Assembly (NCBI GenBank): GCA_018401355.1 | Contig: JAGYLD010000004.1 | Coordinates: 1,628-65,627, forward strand | Direction: 5' to 3' | DNA from: Bacteroidales bacterium | GTDB lineage: Bacteria; Bacteroidota; Bacteroidia; Bacteroidales; B18-G4 | Length of the DNA stretch: 64,000 bases | Shown: positions 29,259 to 37,655 of the stretch, one piece after another | Numbering within the stretch: the stretch's first letter is position 1 | How the letters are laid out: each line of letters starts with the position of its first letter | Notes under the pieces: model-generated | Seen by the model: only the letters and a program-made list of their open reading frames with translations | The model's database searches: none | Told to the model about the DNA's origin: nothing | Made by a program: the position numbers and the translations under genes

Positions 29259-30611
29259 CTATTTCCCGAGCTTTAAAATTGTAACATCGTCTTTATGCCT
29301 GCCAAGAAATCCTTTCAGGATCACATGAGTATCCCGGTTCTCCGGGTATGATTTAATGCAATCTATGATGGCTTCAGCATAGGCCGTTTCGTTAATGTTC
29401 ATATAACCATAACCACAATAATGCCCGTTGGTGATCTTAACCACTGCCCTTTCATCTTTCTCCCTTCCTTTGTCGATAATAAAGAAACTATCATCCTGGT
29501 AAAGATATTTTTCAATAGCTTTTTCCACCCTATGATTATACTCACCGGGCTTTTCCAAACCGGCACAAGCACCATTACACTTATGGATCTGGTAATGGAA
29601 ACATGGTCCTGAAGTCTTATGTAAGCCACAAAACCGCTGGCATAGATTATACTTCTCCAGGATAAAATTCAGATGCCCTTTTCCCTCCTTTGCGCTTGCA
29701 TAGCTTATCAAAGGGGAATCCTTTGCCTTGATCCTCCGGACAATAAGGTTTATATAACCATCCTCATCAGGAAAATCAAATAATCCATAAGGAAAAGAAG
29801 CCCGTCGTTGTGACCGGTTAAAAAACGGTTTATGTTTTTTTATTTCATATGATTCCATCAATAAGGCAATCAACTCACTCCCGGTAATTTCATAATGGAT
29901 GTCGGCCATTTGATCACGCATGTCAATGGCTCTTTTGGTAATATTACTGTTTAAATGGGAAATGATCCTCTCCCTGATATTTTTACTTTTACCTATATAT
30001 ATGATATCACCTTCTTTATTCAGAAAATAATAAACGCCTGTTTTTGCGGGTAAGAAGTCAATTATTGAAGGATCAAGGCCTGAGCCATAGTTCTTTAAAG
30101 AAACTTTTTGAACATTATGCTCCAGTGTAAGCAGGCATTCGAATAATTGCGCCGTTGCACGTGCATCTCCTCCAGCCCTGTGCCTGGCTTTGTTACTGAT
30201 CTCAAGGTCCCTGCAAAGATTACCCAGTCCATAGGATTTTCTGTTCGGCAACAACTTCCTGGCAAGCTTTTTAGTACAAATGGTTTTGCGTTTGTATTCA
30301 TAAAACAGTCTCCGGAACTCCTGGCGAATAAAACTATAGTCGAATGCTATATTATGGCCGACAATAATCTTATCAGTGGTCATTTCCACTATTTTTTTTC
30401 CAACATCATGAAAAAAAGGGGCATTTACCACCATCTTATTGTCAATACCCGTTAGTCCTGTAATGGCGTTGGATATTCTTTTACCAGGATTGATCAGGGT
30501 TTCATACTGGTCAATAATTTTTTCCCCATCGTGTATCAGTATAGCAATCTCCGTGATCCGTTCTGACCTGGCATTCAGGCCGGTGGTTTCAACATCAATA
30601 ATGGCATACAT
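29259..30611 (-). CDS. DnaQ-like 3'-5' exonuclease fused to a GIY-YIG / Cho-like (UvrC N-terminal half) nuclease
   Basis: Exo motifs IIDVETTG, GHNIAFDYSF, HRAGGDA. GIY-YIG motif GVYYF...IIYIGKS. UvrC-like Cys cluster GPCFHYQIHKCNGAC. Confidence 0.85.
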   Translation of the reverse strand: MYAIIDVETTGLNARSERITEIAILIHDGEKIIDQYETLINPGKRISNAITGLTGIDNKMVVNAPFFHDVGKKIVEMTTDKIIVGHNIAFDYSFIRQEFRRLFYEYKRKTICTKKLARKLLPNRKSYGLGNLCRDLEISNKARHRAGGDARATAQLFECLLTLEHNVQKVSLKNYGSGLDPSIIDFLPAKTGVYYFLNKEGDIIYIGKSKNIRERIISHLNSNITKRAIDMRDQMADIHYEITGSELIALLMESYEIKKHKPFFNRSQRRASFPYGLFDFPDEDGYINLIVRRIKAKDSPLISYASAKEGKGHLNFILEKYNLCQRFCGLHKTSGPCFHYQIHKCNGACAGLEKPGEYNHRVEKAIEKYLYQDDSFFIIDKGREKDERAVVKITNGHYCGYGYMNINETAYAEAIIDCIKSYPENRDTHVILKGFLGRHKDDVTILKLGK

Positions 30612-30617
30612 GGTTGT

Positions 30618-31418
30618 TTACAAGTTTAATCTGGTCTGTATGGCTTTAACCTGTTTTTTCAGCTGGTGTATTTCATCTGCCATTTTTTCTTTGGGCAGGT
30701 TGGGTTCCGGCATTTCAGAGCTGATATAATGAACAAACTTCCACATTTCTTTGATCTGGTTAACATGCATATCATAAGGTTCATAAAGGGGGTTCAATGA
30801 AATAAACCGTAACAATCCCTCCTTTTCAATGTGGTTCTCGATCACTTTGAAAACAATCCCATCATCCAGGGTAAGGATGATATGCGGAAAGTTATTTCTG
30901 GCCAGGCGCCAGTTCTGGACAAATTCACCGGTTACCCAGGAACCGTCTGTTATTGGCAGCATAGAATCCCCCTTGATTCTGAAAGTACGGTATTTTCTGT
31001 CTTTTGACAGAAACGGTAGTTGAAAAGTAGGCAAAACCCTTATAAACTCCGGATCAGCAAAGCCCCTGGTGTAGCCTGCCATGGCTTTTTCATTCACAAG
31101 CTCGATGTTTTCATCATTGTCGCTGTTAACGGTAGTTGCCAGCACACGGATGTTCCCGCCGCCCACATAAACATCATATCCTTTCTCCACCTGGGATAAC
31201 TGGCTCTCTGATAAAAGCGAAAGATCCACCTTGATAAGGGTGTCAATGGCAATATTGTAATATTTAGAAAACGTCATCAACGAACTTATGCCAGGCTCGG
31301 CCACATTGTTCTCATAACCACTCAATGTTGGCCTTTTCATGCCCAGTGCATGGGCCACATCATCCTGGGTGCGGCCCCGGCGCTTCCGGAGGAACTTTAT
31401 GTTGGAACTAAAAAACAT
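30618..31418 (-). CDS. LexA-like repressor: XRE/cI-type HTH + S24 peptidase domain
   Basis: HTH RTQDDVAHALGMKRPTLSGYENN. Candidate Ala-Gly self-cleavage site in KAMAGYT. Serine motif IKGDSMLP. 6 bp upstream of the DnaQ/GIY-YIG gene. Confidence 0.8.
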   Translation of the reverse strand: MFFSSNIKFLRKRRGRTQDDVAHALGMKRPTLSGYENNVAEPGISSLMTFSKYYNIAIDTLIKVDLSLLSESQLSQVEKGYDVYVGGGNIRVLATTVNSDNDENIELVNEKAMAGYTRGFADPEFIRVLPTFQLPFLSKDRKYRTFRIKGDSMLPITDGSWVTGEFVQNWRLARNNFPHIILTLDDGIVFKVIENHIEKEGLLRFISLNPLYEPYDMHVNQIKEMWKFVHYISSEMPEPNLPKEKMADEIHQLKKQVKAIQTRLNL

Positions 31419-31449
31419 TTTTAAAATTTTTTTGTGTTGAGTATCTTTT

Positions 31450-31467
31450 TTGATTATATTGTAATCA
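31450..31467. promoter_or_regulatory. Candidate operator 1: TTGAT-N9-ATCA (contains TGATTA-N5-TAATCA)
   Basis: Palindrome in the 115-bp divergent spacer between the repressor gene and the Pol IV-like gene. Confidence 0.45.
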
Positions 31468-31471
31468 GTAA

Positions 31472-31492
31472 TTTGATCATATTTTAATCAAA
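31472..31492. promoter_or_regulatory. Candidate operator 2: TTTGAT-N9-ATCAAA
   Basis: Second palindrome with the same half-sites and spacing, 4 nt after operator 1. Confidence 0.45.
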
Positions 31493-31533
31493 AATACAAC
31501 AATTTCATAAAATGTCAAGTAATTTTCTAAAAA

Positions 31534-32682
31534 ATGTATAAAGAAGAGCGTTGTATTGTGCATTTTGACCTGGACTCATTTTTCGTATCGGTTGAGCGGT
31601 TACAAAACAGCAAGCTGGATGGAAAGCCTGTAATCATCGGGGGCTTGTCTGACCGTGGGGTTGTAGCCAGTTGCAGTTATGAGGCAAGGAAGTTCGGTGT
31701 TCATTCTGCCATGCCGATGAAGATGGCGCGTACTCTTTGCGGGGATGCCATCATCATCAGGGGGGATATGGATTTGTACAGCAGGTTTTCCAGGATGGTG
31801 ACGGAGATCATCGCAGAAAAATCTCCTTTATTTGAAAAGGCCTCCATCGATGAGCACTACATTGATATCACGGGAATGGATCGTTTTTTTGGTTCTTACC
31901 GCTGGACCCGCGAGTTACGCCACAGCATCACAAAGGAGACCGGGCTTCCCATTTCTTTCGGATTGTCGGTAAACAAGACGGTATCAAAGATGGCTACCAA
32001 CGAGGCGAAGCCCGATGGAGAAATGCAGGTTTCCGGCCAGCAGGTCATCCCTTTCCTTTCTCCACTGCCCATCAGGAAGATTCCCATGATAGGCAGGAAA
32101 TCCTACCAGTTGCTCAGGTCTATGGGCATTTCCACTGTGGGCATCCTGAGCAGGATACCACCGGAAATGATGGAAAGCCTCATGGGAAAAAACGGCATTG
32201 CCATATGGAAGAAGGCCAATGGAATTGACCCTTCACCGGTACAGCCTTATTTAGAGCGCAAGTCATTAGGTTCTGAAACAACTTTTGAATCTGACACCAT
32301 CGACATACCGGAGATCAGACGGATCATCACCTACAAAGTGGAAAAGCTGGCTTTTGAGCTGCGGAAAAAACAAAAACTCACATCCTGCGTAACGATAAAG
32401 ATTCGTTACACCAACTTCGATACGCACACGCAGCAAAAGCATATCCCATATACTTCCTTCGACCATATCCTCATTAAAACGAGCCTGGAACTTTTCGAGA
32501 AGCTTTACCAGCGGCGTATGCTGATAAGGTTGGTTGGTGTAAGGTTCAGCGGTCTGGTGGGGGGCATGCAACAACTGAACATGTTTGAGGACACCCCTGA
32601 GATGACAAGCCTTTACCAGGCCATGGACAAGATCCGCCTGAGGTATGGAAAAACGGCCGTGAAGCGGGCCATCGGACTTTAA
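31534..32682 (+). CDS. dinB: Y-family DNA polymerase (Pol IV/DinB-like) in the ImuB position
   Basis: Has HFDLDSFFVSVE, ARKFGVHSAMP and SIDEHYIDIT (acidic triad retained). 382 aa with no long C-terminal extension. Confidence 0.85.
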   Translation: MYKEERCIVHFDLDSFFVSVERLQNSKLDGKPVIIGGLSDRGVVASCSYEARKFGVHSAMPMKMARTLCGDAIIIRGDMDLYSRFSRMVTEIIAEKSPLFEKASIDEHYIDITGMDRFFGSYRWTRELRHSITKETGLPISFGLSVNKTVSKMATNEAKPDGEMQVSGQQVIPFLSPLPIRKIPMIGRKSYQLLRSMGISTVGILSRIPPEMMESLMGKNGIAIWKKANGIDPSPVQPYLERKSLGSETTFESDTIDIPEIRRIITYKVEKLAFELRKKQKLTSCVTIKIRYTNFDTHTQQKHIPYTSFDHILIKTSLELFEKLYQRRMLIRLVGVRFSGLVGGMQQLNMFEDTPEMTSLYQAMDKIRLRYGKTAVKRAIGL

Positions 32683-32692
32683 AACACATACA

Positions 32693-35632
32693 ATGTACTG
32701 GAACACACATTCATACTATAGCTTACGATATGGGACCCTCCCGGTGGAACGCCTGGTTGGAATGGCACACAACCTTGGACTCAGGAGGATGGGGTTGACA
32801 GATATCAACAACACCACCGGCACCATCGATTTTGTGAAGGCATGCAAAGAAAAGGGCATCATCCCCATGGCAGGCATCGGCTTTTTCAGCAACAACCAAC
32901 TCTTATATACCGGATTGGCCATGAACAACGAGGGTTTCAGGGAGTTGAATGAGTTTCTGAGCAAGCACAACCTCAGGAAGTCACCCCTTCCCCCCCACCC
33001 CCCTGACTTCCCAAACGCTTTTGTCATCTACCCCTATGGCAGCAAAGATGCGAAAACACTGAAAGAGAACGAATACATTGGAATTGGTCTGCAGGATATC
33101 CGGATGCTTCCGTTCTCCAAATACAGGTATCACCAGGATAAACTTGTGCTGCAACATCCTGTGGTGCATGCAGGGGGTGAGGATTTCGTCCTGCACCAAA
33201 ACCTTCGGGCAGTATCTCATAACACCCTGATTTCCAAACTAAGACCTGAGGATATTGCGGATAAAAACGCATACTTCCTTACTCCTTCCCTGTTACTGGA
33301 CAAACTCAGTGATTTTCCCGACATCATCGACAACACCCGGCGTATGACGGAAGCCTGCAGCATAGACTTTGACTTCCAATCTGTAAAAAACAAACAAACA
33401 TTCACAGGCAGTGTTTACGATGATAAGATCCTGCTGGAGAAGCTGGCTTTTGACGGTTTGGAATACCGCTACGGAAAAAGAAACCCTCAGGCCAGGGAGC
33501 GCCTTATCAGCGAACTGGGCATCATATCCAGGCTGGGGTTTGCCGCATATTTCCTGATCACCTGGGATATCGTCAGGTATTCTATGTCACGTGGGTTCTA
33601 CCACGTAGGCAGGGGCAGCGGAGCCAACAGCATCGTGGCTTACTGTCTGAAGATCACCAATGTGGATCCGATTGAGCTGAACCTGTATTTTGAAAGGTTC
33701 ATCAACCCCAAGCGAAGCAATCCCCCTGATTTCGATATCGACTATTCATGGACTGAGCGCGATGAAGTACAGGACTATATCTTCAAGCGTTATGGCAGGA
33801 GACACACGGCTCTCCTGGGCGCCACATCCACATTTAAAGGACGGTCTATATACCGGGAACTTGGCAAGGTCTACGGACTTCCAAAAAATGAAATAGACCT
33901 TCTCGTATCCCACCCCGGTTCTGAATTCAACAACAACGATATCATCCGGCAGATACATTCCCTGGCAGGAAGAATGGCTGACTTTCCCAACATCCGAAGC
34001 ATTCATGCCGGCGGTGTCTTGATCTCGGAAGACCCGATTACCTGTTTTACGGCACTTGACCTTCCTCCCAAAGGTTTTCCAACCACGCAATGGGACATGT
34101 ATGTTGCAGAAGATATTGGATTTGAGAAGCTTGATATCCTGAGTCAGAGAGGCATAGGACATATACGCGACTGCGCCGGCATCATCCTTGAAAACCGAAG
34201 CATAAAAGTTGATGTACACCAGGTGAGTGAATTCAAACAGGATCCAAAGGTGAGGTCTATGCTTAAGGGCGGAGAAACCAATGGCTGCTTTTATATTGAG
34301 AGTCCTGCCATGCGAGGGCTCCTGAAAAAGCTGAAATGCGACAATTACCTGAGTCTTGTGGCAGCCAGTTCTATCATCAGGCCTGGTGTAGCACGTTCTG
34401 GCATGATGCGGGAATATATCCGCCGCTTCCATAATCCGAAAGGGTTTCGATACCTCCACCCTGTGATGGAAGAACAACTCAGTGAAACTTATGGTGTTAT
34501 GGTTTACCAGGAAGATGTTCTGAAAGTATGCCATCATTTTGCAGGACTGGACCTTGCCGACTCAGATGTGCTCAGGCGTGCCATGAGCGGGAAGTTCAGG
34601 GGCAGGAAGGAGTTCCAGCGCATTGTCGACAGGTTCTTTTTGAATTGCCGGAAGCGTGGGTATGATGAAAAGGTAACCAGGGAGGTATGGCGACAAATTG
34701 AATCTTTTGCCGGCTATTCTTTTTCCAAAGCCCATTCCGCATCTTATGCCGTTGAAAGCTATCAAAGCCTTTTCCTGAAAGCCCATTATCCTAAAGAGTT
34801 CATGGTAGCTGTAATCAATAATTTCGGAGGGTTTTACCATTCCTGGGTATATTTTAATGAAGCCAGGAGATGGGGAGCCAGGATCATGCTGCCCTGCGTC
34901 AATAACAGCACGTTCAAGACCTGCATTAAAGGAGACAACATCTTCATTGGCTTTGTTCATGTGCATAATCTTGAAAACAAGGTCAGTCATGCCATCCGGA
35001 AAGAAAGAGAGCAAAGGGGTGAATTCCTATCGCTGGAGGACTTCCTTTCCAGGATATCTGTCGGCATCGAGCAAACCGTGATACTCATACGTTCAGGGGC
35101 CTTCCGGTTCACCGGAAAATCCAAAGCACACTTGTTGTGGGAAGCCCATCTTCTGGTTGGAAAAAAGAACAGGAATTCAGGAGGCTGCACCTTGTTTCAT
35201 GCCGGAACAAAAGGATTCAAGCTTCCACAGCTAAAAAGCAGCAAGATTGAAGATGCTTATGATGAAATTGAATTCCTTGGCTTCCCTGTTACCCTCAACT
35301 ATTTCGACCTGCTGGAAAGCAAACCTGACAGTTACCTGCCGGCAGCCTTCCTGGGACAAAGCATTGGTAAACATATCGAGATTTTTGGATTGCTGGTAAC
35401 AATCAAATATGTCAGAACCGTAAAAAAAGACATTATGCACTTTGCTACATTTCTGGATCATCAGGGAGAATTCTTCGATACTGTTCATTTTCCGGATTCC
35501 CTGAAAGTGCATCCATTCAGGGGAAACGGGGTTTACCGGATATCAGGAAAAGTGGTGGAAGAATTTGGGTTTCCCAGCATTGAAGTGCATACCATGATAA
35601 AAATGCCTCTGATCAAAGACCCCCGTGGATAA
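32693..35632 (+). CDS. dnaE2: Error-prone DNA polymerase III alpha paralogue (DnaE2)
   Basis: 979 aa. Degenerate PHP N-terminus, Pol III alpha core (PDFDIDY, GRGSGANS, ILSQRG), OB-fold tail. 10 bp downstream of the Y-family gene. Confidence 0.9.
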   Translation: MYWNTHSYYSLRYGTLPVERLVGMAHNLGLRRMGLTDINNTTGTIDFVKACKEKGIIPMAGIGFFSNNQLLYTGLAMNNEGFRELNEFLSKHNLRKSPLPPHPPDFPNAFVIYPYGSKDAKTLKENEYIGIGLQDIRMLPFSKYRYHQDKLVLQHPVVHAGGEDFVLHQNLRAVSHNTLISKLRPEDIADKNAYFLTPSLLLDKLSDFPDIIDNTRRMTEACSIDFDFQSVKNKQTFTGSVYDDKILLEKLAFDGLEYRYGKRNPQARERLISELGIISRLGFAAYFLITWDIVRYSMSRGFYHVGRGSGANSIVAYCLKITNVDPIELNLYFERFINPKRSNPPDFDIDYSWTERDEVQDYIFKRYGRRHTALLGATSTFKGRSIYRELGKVYGLPKNEIDLLVSHPGSEFNNNDIIRQIHSLAGRMADFPNIRSIHAGGVLISEDPITCFTALDLPPKGFPTTQWDMYVAEDIGFEKLDILSQRGIGHIRDCAGIILENRSIKVDVHQVSEFKQDPKVRSMLKGGETNGCFYIESPAMRGLLKKLKCDNYLSLVAASSIIRPGVARSGMMREYIRRFHNPKGFRYLHPVMEEQLSETYGVMVYQEDVLKVCHHFAGLDLADSDVLRRAMSGKFRGRKEFQRIVDRFFLNCRKRGYDEKVTREVWRQIESFAGYSFSKAHSASYAVESYQSLFLKAHYPKEFMVAVINNFGGFYHSWVYFNEARRWGARIMLPCVNNSTFKTCIKGDNIFIGFVHVHNLENKVSHAIRKEREQRGEFLSLEDFLSRISVGIEQTVILIRSGAFRFTGKSKAHLLWEAHLLVGKKNRNSGGCTLFHAGTKGFKLPQLKSSKIEDAYDEIEFLGFPVTLNYFDLLESKPDSYLPAAFLGQSIGKHIEIFGLLVTIKYVRTVKKDIMHFATFLDHQGEFFDTVHFPDSLKVHPFRGNGVYRISGKVVEEFGFPSIEVHTMIKMPLIKDPRG

Positions 35633-35638
35633 ATAATA

Positions 35639-36457
35639 TTAACTGCCCAGCAGAAGGTCCAGCGGGTCTTTGTACTTTTTATTGCTACCCATGCCCTGCA
35701 GCTCAAGATCAGAGGAAGTTTTTACATTATATTCCGGCTTTACCCTTTCACCTATGGGATTAATCAGTTCCGGGCCATTGTTCCCGGGGTTTTTAATTGT
35801 ATTGGAAATGGGATAAGCATTCATTTTTTCTGCAGGATAAGGTTTGAGGAGTTTGGTTACCTCTGAAAGAGGCAAACTTGCATCGAGCCACTTAGCTTCA
35901 TTTTTCCTTTCAAGGATCACCGGGGACCGGTGATGAGGCAATTTTCTGAGCAATTCATTGGCAACAGTAGTAATAATGGTAAATGACCGGACAATCTCCC
36001 CTGTTTCCTTGTTTGTCCAGGAATCCCATAATCCTGCAAAAGAAAATGGTCGAACCTGGTTTTTCAGGTAGACAACAAAAGGCTTGTCAAGTTTTTCTTT
36101 CTCAGTTCCTTCAATAAAACAATCGGCGGGAATTAGGCAACGTTGCAATCTGATTGGCTTTCGAAAAGCCGGTTTGGTGATGATCCCCTTGGATCCCGCA
36201 TATGAAGGGTTGTTCTCCTTGTTATGGTCACCTTCGGTGCGGGCATTAAAAAGATACATTGGCTTCCTGGCCCAGAATGGTGTCATACCAAAACGGAAAA
36301 GCTGAAGCTCCCTGGGTTTGTCACTGGAAATAACCGGCGCAAGAGACCCTGGTGAAATATTATAACTGGCTTTCCATTCAAAACCTTCCGGAAGGCTAAC
36401 ATTGAATCTCTTTTCAATATTTTCTGCCTTCTGTACCAAAATGTATCTGCCACACAT
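35639..36457 (-). CDS. SOS-response-associated peptidase (SRAP / YedK family)
   Basis: N-terminal MCGRY (catalytic Cys2). 272 aa. Converges on dnaE2 with 6 bp between the stops. Confidence 0.9.
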   Translation of the reverse strand: MCGRYILVQKAENIEKRFNVSLPEGFEWKASYNISPGSLAPVISSDKPRELQLFRFGMTPFWARKPMYLFNARTEGDHNKENNPSYAGSKGIITKPAFRKPIRLQRCLIPADCFIEGTEKEKLDKPFVVYLKNQVRPFSFAGLWDSWTNKETGEIVRSFTIITTVANELLRKLPHHRSPVILERKNEAKWLDASLPLSEVTKLLKPYPAEKMNAYPISNTIKNPGNNGPELINPIGERVKPEYNVKTSSDLELQGMGSNKKYKDPLDLLLGS

Positions 36458-36484
36458 AAAATTTGTTTTTATGATAACGAATAA

Positions 36485-36531
36485 GGATCAATGATTGTTT
36501 GGAAGCATTTCCAAACCAACATCATTGATCC
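36485..36531 (-). terminator. Long imperfect hairpin (11+8 bp stem) between the SRPBCC gene and the SRAP gene
   Basis: GGATCAATGAT-T-GTTTGGAA gcat TTCCAAAC-CAAC-ATCATTGATCC. Confidence 0.45.
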
Positions 36532-36561
36532 CTGTTTGAAATGAACTTTAATTCGTATTCC

Positions 36562-37560
36562 TTATTTCACAGGAAAGTACACCATGGTTTGCCATTTACT
36601 TGAATCAGGCTCGGTGGAAGGATCCGTCAGATAAACTTCCCAAGGGCCTCCTGCTATTTCCATATTGTTGATTTTAACATACTTATCCATTGCAAGATAA
36701 ATAGATTCTAATCCTTCGTAAGGCCCAACATATAATACTTTGATGGCTTTTCCTCCAGGAGACATAGTACCTTTGATGTTCATTTTGCCGGCCAGCTTCT
36801 TATCAACCGGCACCCCTGCTTCCATCACAGTATAACCTTCAGGATCCCATGAATAATATACGCAGTACGGAGGGCCTGTTATTTCTGCCCTTTTTGCTGC
36901 AATATAACCCATAAGGCTGGAGTAAAGCTCTCCCATTTTTGAAGACATTTGCTCCATTGTAGCACTGTCAGTAATAGAAACTGCCGGAACACTTTCAATT
37001 TCAGTTACCTCAATATCCGGAAAATCCGGTAAGGTTTCTACATAAGATTTCAGGTTGCTCAATCCCTTTTCAAAATCAGGACCGATCATATTTTCCATAA
37101 ACAATCCCATATACCTGGCAACAGGATTATATCCCAGATCTCCTTCATCTGTCCAGGTTAATAAAAACTTGTCTTCCTGTGGCTCGATGATAAATGAACC
37201 ATCCGACTTATATTTCCCCCCGTCAAATGCCAGTTCATATTCCATCTTTTCGTTGGGTACAACTGCCGTGATCAGCAACTGGCCTTCACCAACAATATTT
37301 CCTGTCCAGCTTTGAATGGCTCCCACTTCACATGGTGAGCCAACAATCTCATATGAAGCTGTGGAATCCATAGATTGCCCCCATGGAGTCCAGTTCTCCC
37401 AATTATTAAAGTCGCAAAATTGATCGTAAATTAATTCCTTGTCGGCGTCAACAACTATACTGCGCCCGACATAATATTTTCCTGGCAGCAAATAAGAAAC
37501 CAACACAGCAATAACCAGGATCACAATGATCCAAATGATCACTTTGGTAAATGTTTTCAT
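36562..37560 (-). CDS. Membrane-anchored SRPBCC-like protein with a GyrI-like C-terminal half
   Basis: N-terminal TM helix (IIWIIVILVIAVLV). The fold assignment rests on general resemblance only, so the family call is weak. Confidence 0.5.
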   Translation of the reverse strand: MKTFTKVIIWIIVILVIAVLVSYLLPGKYYVGRSIVVDADKELIYDQFCDFNNWENWTPWGQSMDSTASYEIVGSPCEVGAIQSWTGNIVGEGQLLITAVVPNEKMEYELAFDGGKYKSDGSFIIEPQEDKFLLTWTDEGDLGYNPVARYMGLFMENMIGPDFEKGLSNLKSYVETLPDFPDIEVTEIESVPAVSITDSATMEQMSSKMGELYSSLMGYIAAKRAEITGPPYCVYYSWDPEGYTVMEAGVPVDKKLAGKMNIKGTMSPGGKAIKVLYVGPYEGLESIYLAMDKYVKINNMEIAGGPWEVYLTDPSTEPDSSKWQTMVYFPVK

Positions 37561-37584
37561 ATATTCAGGTTTTTATAATTTATA

Positions 37585-37592
37585 CAAATATA
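37585..37592 (-). promoter_or_regulatory. -7 box TATATTTG (minus strand) for the SRPBCC-like gene
   Basis: Plus-strand caaatata, 25 nt upstream of the ATG at 37560. Confidence 0.4.
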
Positions 37593-37655
37593 TGAATATC
37601 TAATGCAGTTAGTCAATAAAAATATTATGTGGTCAAATGAAACAGAATTAGACTT

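Noticed and set aside
29259-30611. Nuclease fusion as a phage-defence gene
   Set aside because: Its tight linkage to a LexA-like repressor, Pol IV, DnaE2 and SRAP, together with the UvrC-type cysteine cluster, fits DNA repair better than defence. No partner ATPase, methylase or sensor genes are present.
33746-34537. 263-aa ORF antisense to dnaE2 (similar shorter ones lie across 32.7-35.5 kb)
   Set aside because: It sits inside a conserved polymerase gene. Long antisense ORFs are expected in this slightly GC-richer stretch.
31534-35632. Apparent GC elevation of the dinB-dnaE2 block, suggesting horizontal transfer
   Set aside because: I hand-counted four 60-nt lines: 43% and 57% in dnaE2, 22% in the membrane protein gene, and 47% in lon. 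That spread is too noisy to support a compositional island. It needs a real sliding-window GC and codon-usage calculation.
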